A stretch of 63,982 nucleotides of DNA, the filler included, from Octopus bimaculoides (lineage: Eukaryota): the NCBI RefSeq assembly GCF_001194135.2. It is 6 parts of 6 records of this genome, joined end to end, with 100 filler letters (N's around TTAATTAATTAA, not from the genome) between each part and the next. Parts side by side here need not be neighbours in the genome. Positions count along the whole stretch, not along the records: positions 33,972 to 54,570 come from NC_069010.1; 5 more parts are not named here. The stretch is one strand, 5' to 3'. Position 1 is the stretch's first letter, and each line of letters starts with the position of its first letter. Positions 38,716 to 49,909 of the stretch are shown here, in pieces. The notes below the pieces were generated by a model. The model saw only the letters and a list, made by a program, of their open reading frames with translations. It was not told where the DNA came from and did no database searches. The position numbers and the translations under genes were made by a program.

Positions 38716-39550
38716 CACAATCCAGTACACCATTTCCGTTTCGTTTTTTTTGCCATTCATTTTTCTTACAAAACCTATGAATTTATAGAAGGTAGGCTTC
38801 ATTTTATTATTTACCTACTGTTTTTTTCTTCCTTTCAATCATTGAACCATCTTTTCTTTTTTCATCAATGTAATGTTACCAGTCTCAGAGCTGTTCTAGC
38901 GCTAAACGAACAACGAGAGACCCGTTGGGACCTCTATATGGTTACACTGTCTCCTAGAAATAATNNNNNNNNNNNNNNNNNNNNNNNNNNNNNNNNNNNN
39001 NNNNNNNNNNNNNNNNNNNNNNNNNNNNNNNNNNNNNNNNNNNNNNNNNNNNNNNNNNNNNNNNNNNNNNNNNNNNNNNNNNNNNNNNNNNNNNNNNNNN
39101 NNNNNNNNNNNNNNNNNNNNNNNNNNNNNNNNNNNNNNNNNNNNNNNNNNNNNNNNNNNNNNNNNNNNNNNNNNNNNNNNNNNNNNNNNNNNNNNNNNNN
39201 NNNNNNNNNNNNNNNNNNNNNNNNNNNNNNNNNNNNNNNNNNNNNNNNNNNNNNNNNNNNNNNNNNNNNNNNNNNNNNNNNNNNNNNNNNNNNNNNNNNN
39301 NNNNNNNNNNNNNNNNNNNNNNNNNNNNNNNNNNNNNNNNNNNNNNNNNNNNNNNNNNNNNNNNNNNNNNNNNNNNNNNNNNNNNNNNNNNNNNNNNNNN
39401 NNNNNNNNNNNNNNNNNNNNNNNNNNNNNNNNNNNNNNNNNNNNNNNNNNNNNNNNNNNNNNNNNNNNNNNNNNNNNNNNNNNNNNNNNNNNNNNNNNNN
39501 NNNNNNNNNNNNNNNNNNNNNNNNNNNNNNNNNNNNNNNNNNNNNAACTC

Positions 39551-39582
39551 AAACCCTAACCCTAACCCTAAACCTAACCCTA
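39551..39582. repeat. Short (CCCTAA)n-like telomeric-type repeat at gap edge
   Basis: aaccctaaccctaaccctaaacctaaccctaac. Confidence 0.7.
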
Positions 39583-39799
39583 ACACTAGTTCTGTGAGAT
39601 TTGGCTGTTATTTCTAGCATGTAAATAGCCTGCTTTGTGGGGGGGGGGAATTGAAATTTTTCAAAAAATTTTTTTTCAGAATCGGAATCTCCATAGCCTA
39701 AAACGTGGGATTCCGTAAAAAAAATTAATAAATAAGCGGGGGAAAGGTTCAGATTACATATAGTCCATCTCTACCGCGTATTCTTCAGGTGGTGTGCGT

Positions 39800-39881
39800 A
39801 TTCTTTACCCTGTCTGTCTCATTTTCTCCGAAGCGAAGTTTAAAATCAGTTGTAAATAACAGATAAAGATGGCGAGTGAGT
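39800..39881 (+). promoter_or_regulatory. Predicted first exon and splice donor of ZNF gene 2
   Basis: YY1-type AAGATGGCG (ATG at 39869) immediately followed by A|GTGAGT donor (39876-39881). Confidence 0.5.
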
Positions 39882-39970
39882 AAAATATCAAACATACTTT
39901 GGTTATCTCGCTCCATTAAAAATTGGGTTATCTCCCTCCACTAAAAAGTTGAATTAATGTGGCGACGATG

Positions 39971-40098
39971 GGCTTCTTTCAGTTTCCATCTGCCAAATCC
40001 ACTCACAAGGCTTTGGTCGGCCCGGGGCTATAGTAGAAGACACTTGCCCAAGGTGCCACGCAGTGGGACTGAACCTAGAACCATGTGGTCGGTAAGCA
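39971..40098 (-). mobile_element. SINE family C, 5' part
   Basis: Near-consensus head. Confidence 0.8.
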
Positions 40099-40361
40099 AG
40101 CTACTTACCACACAGCCAAAGAAATAATTGAACGTGAAAAACAAAAATATATTCTCTTTGGTTAAATATTTTCAAATATATTCTTAGAAGAATTTTTCCG
40201 GTTTTATTATTGTATTCCCTAGATATTACAATTCCAGAGAATATGTTGAAGTAGTCATGGCAGGAGTGTCTTTGCTCAGATCTTATCTATCATTACCGCA
40301 CCTGGTGTTACAGTTGTTGATGTTTCTGGGGACAGAAAAATATTTCTATCTGTTACGCTTG

Positions 40362-40830
40362 TGAAGACCTGTTGAGGCAAGTGAAATCGAAATCGAACTA
40401 AATTCGACGACTGGCAACCATGCCAACGTCATCTCCTTCATTGGACACTAAACTGGACTTGTGAAGACCTGTTGGGGCAAGCGAAAGCGAAATCGTGATG
40501 GCACCTGTGCCCAGCGCCGCCTTCCTGGCACATGTAAAGACATTAGAGCGAGATTGTTGCCAGTGCCGCTGGACTGGCTCCTGTGCAAGGTGGCATGTAA
40601 AATACACCATTTTGAGCGTGGCTGTTGCCAGTACCGCCTGACTGGCCTTCGTGCGGGTGGCATATAAAAGCACTCACTACACTCTCGGAGTGGTTGGCGT
40701 TAGGAAGGGCATCCAGCTGTAGAAACTCTGCCAAATCAGATTGGAGCCTGGTGTAGCTATCTGGTTTTCACCAGTCCTCAGTCAAATCGTCCAACCCATG
40801 CTAGCATGGAAAGCGTGATGATGGTGATGA
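40362..40830 (+). mobile_element. SINE-like family D, long copy
   Basis: Matches 56180-56566 and 21453-21671; degenerate (GAT)n tail. Confidence 0.8.
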
Positions 40831-40995
40831 TTCCACTGTAAAGCACTTTTCGCTGCATTTTCTGTGTCCTTTCTAATCGTGCTACCAATCCACTTCCACT
40901 TTTTCTTAAATATTTGCTCCCTAATCGAAACTTGATTCGTTCTTTGCCATAGCTCCATATTGCTTATGTGTTCTGGCCATCTTATTTTAAGTATA

Positions 40996-41026
<31 letters not shown>

Positions 41027-41322
41027 ACATTTTAAGTATCCTCTCTACTTTACACTGTTTCTCTGTTATTTCAGAATACCAGATGGCATGGCATGGCATT
41101 AGAGGATACTTTTACTCTGGATCCATCGACCATTTACCAAGTTTAAAGGAAAATTGTACACAAAACAAATTTTACCTTGTTTTGTATTAATCTTTGGTAA
41201 ATTGCAATGGGATATGTCTTTTCACTGACATTATTAAGTAAAACCTCCCTACTTCACCGTGTTGAGGGTGCTGAAGATGATATTGCGTTCTCATGGAACT
41301 TGGATAATGAAGGAGCTTGCAG

Positions 41323-41331
41323 TATCTTCAG
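41323..41331 (+). promoter_or_regulatory. Predicted tandem splice acceptors (9 nt apart) of ZNF gene 2 coding exon
   Basis: ggagcttgcAG tatcttcAG|ATATTGACTAA; ZNF gene 3 has ggagcttttAG cgtcttcAG|ATATTGATTAA. Confidence 0.6.
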
Positions 41332-41384
41332 ATATTGACTAAGATCACAGTTGATGAAAACAACACGGAATCACTGTTAGGAAT

Positions 41385-41995
41385 CATCACCATCATCATC
41401 ATCATCGTTTAACGTCCGCCTTCCATGCTAGCATGGGTTGGACGATTTGACTGAGGACTGGTGAAACCGGATGGCAACACCAGGCTCCAATCTGATTTGG
41501 CAGAGTTTCTACAGCCGGATGCCCTTCCTAACGCCAAACACTCTGAGAGTGTAGTGGGTACTTTTTACGTGTCACCCGCACGAAGGCCAATCAGGCTACA
41601 CCAAGCTCCAATCTGATTTGGCAGAGTTTCTACAGCCGGATGCCCTTCCTAACACCAACCACTCTGAGAGTGTAGTGGGTGCTTTTTACGTGTCACCCGC
41701 ACGAAGGCCAATCAGGCTACACCAAGCTCCAATCTGATNNNNNNNNNNNNNNNNNNNNNNNNNNNNNNNNNNNNNNNNNNNNNNNNNNNNNNNNNNNNNN
41801 NNNNNNNNNNNNNNNNNNNNNNNNNNNNNNNNNNNNACTTTTTACGTGTCACCCGCACGAAGGCCAATCAGGCTACACCAAGCTCCAATCTGATTTGGCA
41901 GAGTTTCTACAGCCGGATGCCCTTCCTAACGCCAACCACTCTGAGAGTGTAGTGGGTGCTATTACGTGTCACCCGCACGAAGGCCAGTCAGGCGG
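41385..41995 (-). mobile_element. SINE-like family D insertion with internal 121-bp tandem array, inside ZNF gene 2 leader
   Basis: ctccaatctg recurs at 41485, 41606, 41727 and 41883; GGAAT duplicated at 41380-41384 and 41994-41998. Confidence 0.85.
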
Positions 41996-42054
41996 AATGA
42001 AATAGAAAAAGGAAAAATTGCAAGACATCCTTATATTGTGGCGAGAGAAAGAAA

Positions 42055-42828
42055 ATGATGGAAAGTGAATTGTGTGAAGAGAGTATTAAATGTAAATCAG
42101 AGTCTAAAAGGATTGATTTTGTTGATGGGATGCCAAAAGATATAGGGAAAACAGCATATCCTTGTGATATTTGCAAAAAGTCATTTTCTCGAAAAGATAG
42201 TCTCGCTATTCACAAACGTACTCATACAGGAGAGAAACCATATCACTGTGATATTTGTGGTACTTCGTTCTTTCAAAATAATCACTTAACTAAACACAAA
42301 CGCACTCATACAGGAGAAAAGCCATACCACTGTGACATCTGTGGTAAATCGTTCACTCTGAGCGGTAACTTAACAGCCCACAGGCGCATTCATACAGGAG
42401 AGAAGCCATACGACTGTGATATCTGCGGCAAATCGTTTTCTCGGAGTGGTAACTTGACTACTCACAGCCGTATTCACAGTGACGAGAAACCCTACCAGTG
42501 CAACACCTGTGGTAAATCGTTCTCAAACGGAAGCGCTTTAACGAAACACAAACACATTCATGCCGAAGAGAAACCATATCGCTGTGATATCTGCGGCAAG
42601 TCGTTCACTCAGACAGGGAGCTTAACCATTCACATACGCATTCATACTGGTGAGAAGCCATATGACTGTGATACCTGTGGCAAATCGTTCTCTCTCCACG
42701 ATCAGTTGACTACTCACCAACGTATTCACACCGGAGAAAAACCCTATGTTTGTGATACCTGTGGCAAATCATTCTCTCAAAGAGCACACCTGACTAAACA
42801 TAGGTATACTCATGCTCTGCCCGATTGA
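42055..42828 (+). CDS. C2H2 zinc-finger protein, 8 fingers (ZNF gene 2)
   Basis: MMESELC N-terminus, 8 complete fingers, TGEKP linkers with two variants (SDEKP, AEEKP). Confidence 0.95.
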   Translation: MMESELCEESIKCKSESKRIDFVDGMPKDIGKTAYPCDICKKSFSRKDSLAIHKRTHTGEKPYHCDICGTSFFQNNHLTKHKRTHTGEKPYHCDICGKSFTLSGNLTAHRRIHTGEKPYDCDICGKSFSRSGNLTTHSRIHSDEKPYQCNTCGKSFSNGSALTKHKHIHAEEKPYRCDICGKSFTQTGSLTIHIRIHTGEKPYDCDTCGKSFSLHDQLTTHQRIHTGEKPYVCDTCGKSFSQRAHLTKHRYTHALPD

Positions 42829-42910
42829 CTTTGCCCTGTTCACTCACTCATTTTTCCCTCCACCCATCTGCCAATTGACTCTCACAAACCTACTCACCTA
42901 TCCATGCAAC

Positions 42911-43290
42911 TATAAGAATTGGATGAGATATGATGGCTTGGCCATCTCTCCCCAGTTCTTATATTAATCATTAAATCCAGAAATACAACAACACGAGGGA
43001 TAACGGTAACAACAGACCAATAGTTTATTCTAGGTTGGTGTAGAGCCGTTTCGTTCCTGGGTGAACAGGCATGCCGCTGGGATACCAAAGAAGCTTCGAC
43101 CACATGTCGGGGTCGAGTTGAGAGATACGTGTTGTCACGACAGCTGCTTGAGAGAAAAGAGATCGCACGCTATTGCTCTCTCTCCACCTGTTTGCCTTGC
43201 GCATGCGTGCTCGGGTACTTACGCTGACGGCAAGTCCCTTGCACATGCGCAATGGCACTTCCCAAGACGGCGGCCACACGCGCCACTACA
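42911..43290 (-). mobile_element. Solo LTR (380 bp) just 3' of ZNF gene 2
   Basis: 4-bp TSD CAAC (42907-42910, 43291-43294); ends TATA.../...CTACA; minus-strand AATAAA at about 43024. Confidence 0.65.
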
Positions 43291-43495
43291 CAACTTTTAT
43301 TCACGTCCTTGTAACTTGATGGTGTGCGGTTGGTGCTAGAAACCAATCCCAAAACACACTGGAGCCTGGTGCAGGTCTCCAGCTTACCAATTCCAGTCAA
43401 TCCGTCCGACCCATGCCAGCAGGGACATTGAATGATGATGAAGATGGTGAACTGAAGAATTCGTAACACATTGGACGAAATGCTTACTCTTTTTT

Positions 43496-43888
43496 TTTTA
43501 CTCTTTTTACTTGTTTCAGTCTTTTGACTGTGGCCATGCTGGAGCACCGCCTTTAGTCAAGCAAATCGACCCCTAGGACTTATTCTTTAGAAGCCTAGTA
43601 CTTATTCTATCGGTGTCTTTTTGCCGAACCGCTAAGTTACGGGGACATAAACACACCAACATCGGTTGTCAAGCGATGTTAGGAGGACAAACACACACAC
43701 ACAAACATATATATATACATATATATGACAGGCTTCTTTCAGTTTCCGTCTACCAAATCCATTCACAAGGCTTTGGTCAGCCCAAGGCTATAGTAGAAGA
43801 CACTTGCCCAAGATGCCACGCAGTGGGACTGAACCCGGGACCATGTGGTTGGTAAGCAAGCTACTTACCACACAGCCACTCCTACGCC
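43496..43888 (-). mobile_element. SINE family C, full length
   Basis: Near-consensus head, body and tail. Confidence 0.85.
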
Positions 43889-44190
43889 CACAACGTTTCT
43901 TAAGGTTTTTTTCTGAGTTCAAGTTTTTCTGTGGTTAATGTTGCCCTTCAGCTTTTTTAGGCCAATAAAATAAAAATAGCAGTCAAGTACTGGTGACAAT
44001 ATAATCTACTTCCCCCCACACACTTAAAATAGTTGGCTTTATGCCAAAATTTGAAACAATTATCGTTATTATCAATCAACTAGTTAACCATTTAACTAAT
44101 CAATTATTTGATTAACCCATTAATTTCCAGAGTACTTAAATTTCTGAATATTACTTTTAAATTTTTACAGATGATTGAAAATAGCTTAAA

Positions 44191-44428
44191 ATCATCATCA
44201 TCATCATTGTTTAACATCCGCTTTCCATGCTAGCATGGGTTGGACGATTTGACTGGGGACTAGCGAACCAAATAGCTACACCAGACTTCAATCTGATCTG
44301 GCAGAGTTTCTACAGCTGGATGCCCTTCCTAACGCCAACCACTCTGAGAGTGTAGTGGGTGCTTTTACGTGTCACCCGCACGAAGGCCAGTCAGGCGGTA
44401 CTGGCAACGGCCACGCTCAAAATGGTGT
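44191..44428 (-). mobile_element. SINE-like family D
   Basis: (CAT)n tail followed by family D body. Confidence 0.8.
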
Positions 44429-45493
44429 AAAACTCCTTTACTTCAAGTAGAAATGGAAATACTCGGTGTCCTATAAATAGGACACTGAGACAATGTGNNN
44501 NNNNNNNNNNNNNNNNNNNNNNNNNNNNNNNNNNNNNNNNNNNNNNNNNNNNNNNNNNNNNNNNNNNNNNNNNNNNNNNNNNNNNNNNNNNNNNNNNNNN
44601 NNNNNNNNNNNNNNNNNNNNNNNNNNNNNNNNNNNNNNNNNNNNNNNNNNNNNNNNNNNNNNNNNNNNNNNNNNNNNNNNNNNNNNNNNNNNNNNNNNNN
44701 NNNNNNNNNNNNNNNNNNNNNNNNNNNNNNNNNNNNNNNNNNNNNNNNNNNNNNNNNNNNNNNNNNNNNNNNNNNNNNNNNNNNNNNNNNNNNNNNNNNN
44801 NNNNNNNNNNNNNNNNNNNNNNNNNNNNNNNNNNNNNNNNNNNNNNNNNNNNNNNNNNNNNNNNNNNNNNNNNNNNNNNNNNNNNNNNNNNNNNNNNNNN
44901 NNNNNNNNNNNNNNNNNNNNNNNNNNNNNNNNNNNNNNNNNNNNNNNNNNNNNNNNNNNNNNNNNNNNNNNNNNNNNNNNNNNNNNNNNNNNNNNNNNNN
45001 NNNNNNNNNNNNNNNNNNNNNNNNNNNNNNNNNNNNNNNNNNNNNNNNNNNNNNNNNNNNNNNNNNNNNNNNNNNNNNNNNNNNNNNNNNNNNNNNNNNN
45101 NNNNNNNNNNNNNNNNNNNNNNNNNNNNNNNNNNNNNNNNNNNNNNNNNNNNNNNNNNNNNNNNNNNNNNNNNNNNNNNNNNNNNNNNNNNNNNNNNNNN
45201 NNNNNNNNNNNNNNNNNNNNNNNNNNNNNNNNNNNNNNNNNNNNNNNNNNNNNNNNNNNNNNNNNNNNNNNNNNNNNNNNNNNNNNNNNNNNNNNNNNNN
45301 NNNNNNNNNNNNNNNNNNNNNNNNNNNNNNNNNNNNNNNNNNNNNNNNNNNNNNNNNNNNNNNNNNNNNNNNNNNNNNNNNNNNNNNNNNNNNNNNNNNN
45401 NNNNNNNNNNNNNNNNNNNNNNNNNNNNNNNNNNNNNNNNNNNNNNNNNNNNNNNNNNNNNNNNNNNNNNNNNNNNNNNNNNNNNNNNNNNNT

Positions 45494-45720
45494 TGTAATC
45501 GACTTAATCCCTTTGTCTGTCCTTTGTTTGTCCCCTCTATGTTTAGCCCCTTGTGGGCAATAAAGAAATAAGAAACGTTAGCGCGCACTGGGTCGATGTA
45601 ATCGACTTAATCCCTTTGTTTGTCCCCTCTATGTTTAGCCCCTTGTGGGCAATAAAGAAATAAGAAACGTTAGCACGCACTGGGTCGATGTAATCGACTT
45701 AATCCCTTTGTTTGTCCTTT
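45494..45720 (+). repeat. Tandemly repeated 3' tails of SINE family A (about 2.5 units, 91-103 bp)
   Basis: taatcgacttaatcccttt recurs at about 45496, 45599 and 45690. Confidence 0.75.
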
Positions 45721-45800
45721 GTATTAACAACAAAAAAGATGAGGACAAATATGCATCAGATGTAAATAATTCCTCATCTCTTACATATGGAACTGTTTAA

Positions 45801-45985
45801 CCCTTTTGTTACCATTTGCTGTTGAAATTCACTGCTTTTGTTTCAATAAATTTTGAAAATAATTAAAAAATTGATAAAAGTAATTTTGTCATTGTTAAGC
45901 TGGCGTTTGGAACATAACCCGAAATTTTGATGGAAGACGGTTTTAATTTAGACGAAAATATTTTGGCAAATTAAATTTAAATGTT
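45801..45985. mobile_element. Truncated piggyBac-like MITE
   Basis: TTAA|cccttttgttacc start similar to 2548. Confidence 0.55.
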
Positions 45986-46734
45986 GAAGTGAATCTAATG
46001 GTTTTGTGTGTTTTTAAATGGCTTATAAACACCTTCCATGCTGCAATTATATCTAGTTGTCCATTTTTTTCTATCATCTAGCTGCCTGGATATTTTGCGT
46101 CCTTGTCCCATTTTTTGTATTCCTTTATATATTTTTATATATATATATATAAAACAAATAATAAATGAGTATATGCATATATACGTGCAGGTATGTGCAT
46201 ACCTACATCTACCTATATATATAGGTGCATATCTGGGTACAGGACATTGCAAACAAAACGTAGACAAGAAAATAATAATAACCAGAGTACAGAAAACACA
46301 CAAGCCACATAGAGAACATTTTCCTTCATCAGCTACCCCCATTTTAACACCGGCGTTATATATATATATATATATATATATACCGGTACAACAAAACCAC
46401 TAAAAATCAATGAGGAGTGGACCACCAACTCAGTTCATCTGTTGCCAAAAGCTTACAAAAACTGAAACAGAGAATTAGTGTGCCTCCCTACGGACAAGTC
46501 TGGCAGACTGTCAATAGACAGCCCACAGAACTATGTCCAGACCATGCAACAACACATCTGTAGAATGAGAGAAGTTGCACCACAGGAACATGAAAGAGTG
46601 GAAAACTTCCTCAGTGCACATGTGGGAATGTGGTGCAACATAGTCTAACCCAAGCAATGGACTAAACAATTTCCAGGCATCCAACAACAATGTTCCTACA
46701 CTATATGGGTTACACTAATGCCATAAATCCTGTC

Positions 46735-48204
46735 ATGGGGCCCCCAGTTTGCGAAGCGAATATCTCCAGCAATTATAGACTGTCCTGTTTCCTCTCATAG
46801 AAACGTCTCCAGATGTCTGTGTGAGCACGGAGGACCGCCTCAGTAGAAGCAGTACATGCAACCACTCCAACGACCTCACAGGTTGTGTAGTGGGTCGTAT
46901 GCATGTGATTTCACTCTACGCATCTACAGACGTAGATTTTGCTGCAGAGAAATGCATTGCGATAATCTTTTAGAGTGAAGCAGAGTTCCGTGAAGTCAAT
47001 AAGGAGGGAACTGTGCCTCCTCCTTAGACTAAGCTACGACAGTGACTATTTAGACGACCATGACCTTAATAGATTCTGCTCCCACCAGGTCACAGAGGGG
47101 GAAGATCACCCACCATCACCTCAGCAGAGCGCTGGAGTGGCTGGACTGTACCCACCCAAGACTCTGAGAACAACAACCAGGTGAAAGGAATGATTGCACA
47201 TGCAATAGGGGCTAGCGTAAGAACCACATAGTAAAGTTTAACAAGAACCTATACACGCAGGTTCAAGGCGCAGCTGTTGGTGTAATTGGAGATGTGGCCG
47301 GCCTCTTCATGACCTGGTGGGACAGAAAACTTAAGCAATCCTTAGCAGAACAGTCGACAACTCTTCTACTTTACAATAGGTATGTAGACAACGTAAATAT
47401 CCTAGTTAAGACCAACTCTAGTCACAGTAATGTAGAAACTGAGGGGAACATGATGAAGAGCATCCAGCAAGTAGCTAACTCCATCCACCAAAGTGTGAAG
47501 GTAACTATAGATTACCCCACTAGGCACCCCAACAATCGACTCCCTGTCTTTGATACTGAACTTTGGTTAGAGACTGTGAACAACAGAGTGCAGCTCGTCC
47601 ACTCCTATTACATGAAACCCATAGCTTCGAAATATGTTGTTTACAAGAACTCAGCTTTGTCACACAACATGAAAATTAACATACAGATAGTAGACTTAGG
47701 ATAATTAACACGTCCCCACTTTGCAAACCCTAAGAAACGAAGAAACATGTACAGAACTTCATGGACCACATGCAATTCTCTGGATATGATCAGAAAGACA
47801 GGGTTCAAGTATACAGTGCTGCTAGAAAGAAGTTAGATAACATTATATTTAATGAAACCAGTGGTACCTGCCCTAGGTATAGAAGTAAAGACTGGAATAG
47901 GATACAAAGAGCTTGTGACAAAGCAAAGAGTTGGTGAACACATGGAATAAAACCGACAAATATCAAAGGATGAAGATTGTAGAGGCCACAGCCCATGGAG
48001 AACTAGCCTGTAGATTTAGAAACGCCCTGAAGGAGACCAAACTCAACATTAAGATTGTTGGAAAGCCAGGGAACTCCGTCAGATCACAACTATGTAGGAT
48101 GTACCCCTTTGAGAATACCATATGCACCAATGATAACTGCATGGTATGTAGGATTAGCCCTGGCATTAGCTGTAGAACTAGAAATGTAGTCTACAGTGTA
48201 AGAT
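46735..48204 (+). pseudogene. Degenerate Penelope-like element ORF (RT, thumb, Cys-rich linker, start of GIY-YIG)
   Basis: Motifs across stops and frameshifts: GPPVCEAN.SSNYRLS; VVGRMHVISLYAS (motif A); LYTQVQGAAVG..GDVAGLFMTWWD; RYVDN (YxDD); RLPVFD; YYMKP; C..C..C..SCRTRNVVYSVRC. Confidence 0.75.
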
Positions 48205-48355
48205 GCCTAAAAGGTGCTTGTATTTATTTTATCGACCCTGAAAGGGTGAAAGGCAAAGTCGACCTTGGTGGAATTTGAACTCAGAACACGAAGACACAAA
48301 ATACCGGTAAGCATTTTGCCTGGACTGCTAATGATTCTACTAGCTCACCACCTTT
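48205..48355 (-). mobile_element. CORE-type SINE family A truncating the PLE remnant
   Basis: Reverse complement of head and CORE. Confidence 0.75.
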
Positions 48356-48403
48356 AGTTGACTAAAAATAAATGAGAGTAAAATGAGACTTGTGTGTACG
48401 TTT

Positions 48404-48409
48404 TTTATT
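48404..48409 (-). terminator. Candidate polyadenylation signal for ZNF gene 3
   Basis: AATAAA on minus strand about 80 nt after the stop codon. Confidence 0.4.
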
Positions 48410-48490
48410 GACATAGTGACTTTGTTGAGATACAAAAAAATTTATTTCAATTTTGCAAACCAATTAGAAAAATACAAAATACTGAAAGAG

Positions 48491-49762
48491 TTACAATTCT
48501 GTTTTAATACACAAATGTATGTGTAACTGTCTTGTCTCAGAGAAAAATTTTCCACAGATATTGCAGTGATGTGGCTTCTCTCCTGTATGAATACGTTTGT
48601 GCACAGTCATGTTACTGCTTATAGAGAATGATTTACCACAGATATCACAGTGAAATTTTCTCTCACCTGTATGAATGCGTTTGTGTACAATTAAGTTACT
48701 TCCATCAGAGAACGATTTATCACAGATATCACAATGGTATGGTTTCTCTCCTGTATGAGTACGTTTGTGTTTTTTTAAGTCGCTATTGTGAGAAAATAAC
48801 TTACCACAGATATCGCAATGATATGGTTTCTCTCCTATATGAAAACGCTTGTGTGCATTTAAATTACTTACATTTAAGAAGGATTTACCACAGATATCAC
48901 AGTAATATGGCTTCTCTCCTGTGTGACTACGTTTGTGTTCAATTAAGTTACCTTTCTGAATGAATGATTTACCACAGATATCACAGTGATGTGGTTTCTC
49001 TCCTGTATGTGTGTGTTTGTGTGCAATTAAATTACTTCCATCAGAGAATGATTTATCACAGATATCACAATGATATGGCTTCTCTCCTGTATGAATACGT
49101 TTGTGTTTTTTCAAGTCGCTATTGTGAGAAAATAACTTACCACAGATATCGCAATGATATGGTTTCTCTCCTGTATGGAAACGTTTGTGTGCATTTAAAC
49201 TGCTTCCACTTAAGAAAGATTTACCACAGATATCACAGTAATATGGCTTCTCTCCTGTGTGACTACGTTTGTGTTCCATCAAATTACCTTTCTGAATGAA
49301 CGATTTACCACAGATATTACAATGATGTGGTTTCTCTCCTGTATGAATGAGTTTATGTGTATTTAAGCCACTTATTTGAGAGAATGTTTTGCCACAGACA
49401 TCACAGCGTGGCCTCTCTCCTGTATGAATGTTTCTGTGTTCTGTTAAGGTCCATTTATGAGAGAATGACCTACCACAGATATCACAACGATATGGTTTTT
49501 CTCCTGTATGGCTGCGTTTGTGTGTAGTCAAGCCACACGACTGAGAGTAGAATTTACCACAGATATTACACTGATATGGTTTCTCTCCCGTATGAACACG
49601 TCCATGTTTTTTAAGATTACCTTTTTGAGTGAATGATTTTTTACAGATATTACATTCGTAAGATATTTTACCCATATCAGTTGACACCTCATCAGTAAAA
49701 CCAGTCGTTTTAGACTCTGATTTACATTTAACATTATCATCACACAATTCACTTTCCATCAT
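48491..49762 (-). CDS. C2H2 zinc-finger protein, 13 canonical fingers plus 1 atypical (ZNF gene 3)
   Basis: MMESELC start with in-frame stop 11 codons upstream; fingers 5-8 duplicated as 9-12; last finger ends HLCIK. Confidence 0.95.
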   Translation of the reverse strand: MMESELCDDNVKCKSESKTTGFTDEVSTDMGKISYECNICKKSFTQKGNLKKHGRVHTGEKPYQCNICGKFYSQSCGLTTHKRSHTGEKPYRCDICGRSFSHKWTLTEHRNIHTGERPRCDVCGKTFSQISGLNTHKLIHTGEKPHHCNICGKSFIQKGNLMEHKRSHTGEKPYYCDICGKSFLSGSSLNAHKRFHTGEKPYHCDICGKLFSHNSDLKKHKRIHTGEKPYHCDICDKSFSDGSNLIAHKHTHTGEKPHHCDICGKSFIQKGNLIEHKRSHTGEKPYYCDICGKSFLNVSNLNAHKRFHIGEKPYHCDICGKLFSHNSDLKKHKRTHTGEKPYHCDICDKSFSDGSNLIVHKRIHTGERKFHCDICGKSFSISSNMTVHKRIHTGEKPHHCNICGKFFSETRQLHIHLCIKTEL

Positions 49763-49871
49763 TTTCTTTGTCTCATCACAATATACAGATGCTTTTTAAT
49801 TTCTTCTTGTTTTTCTATTTCATTCCTAACAAAGAGTGATTCTGTGATATTTCCAAGATCTTAATCAATAT

Positions 49872-49882
49872 CTGAAGACGCT
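49872..49882 (-). promoter_or_regulatory. Predicted tandem splice acceptors of ZNF gene 3 coding exon
   Basis: ttttAG cgtcttcAG|ATATTGATTAA. Confidence 0.6.
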
Positions 49883-49909
49883 AAAAGCTCCTTTGTAATC
49901 CAAGTTTAA

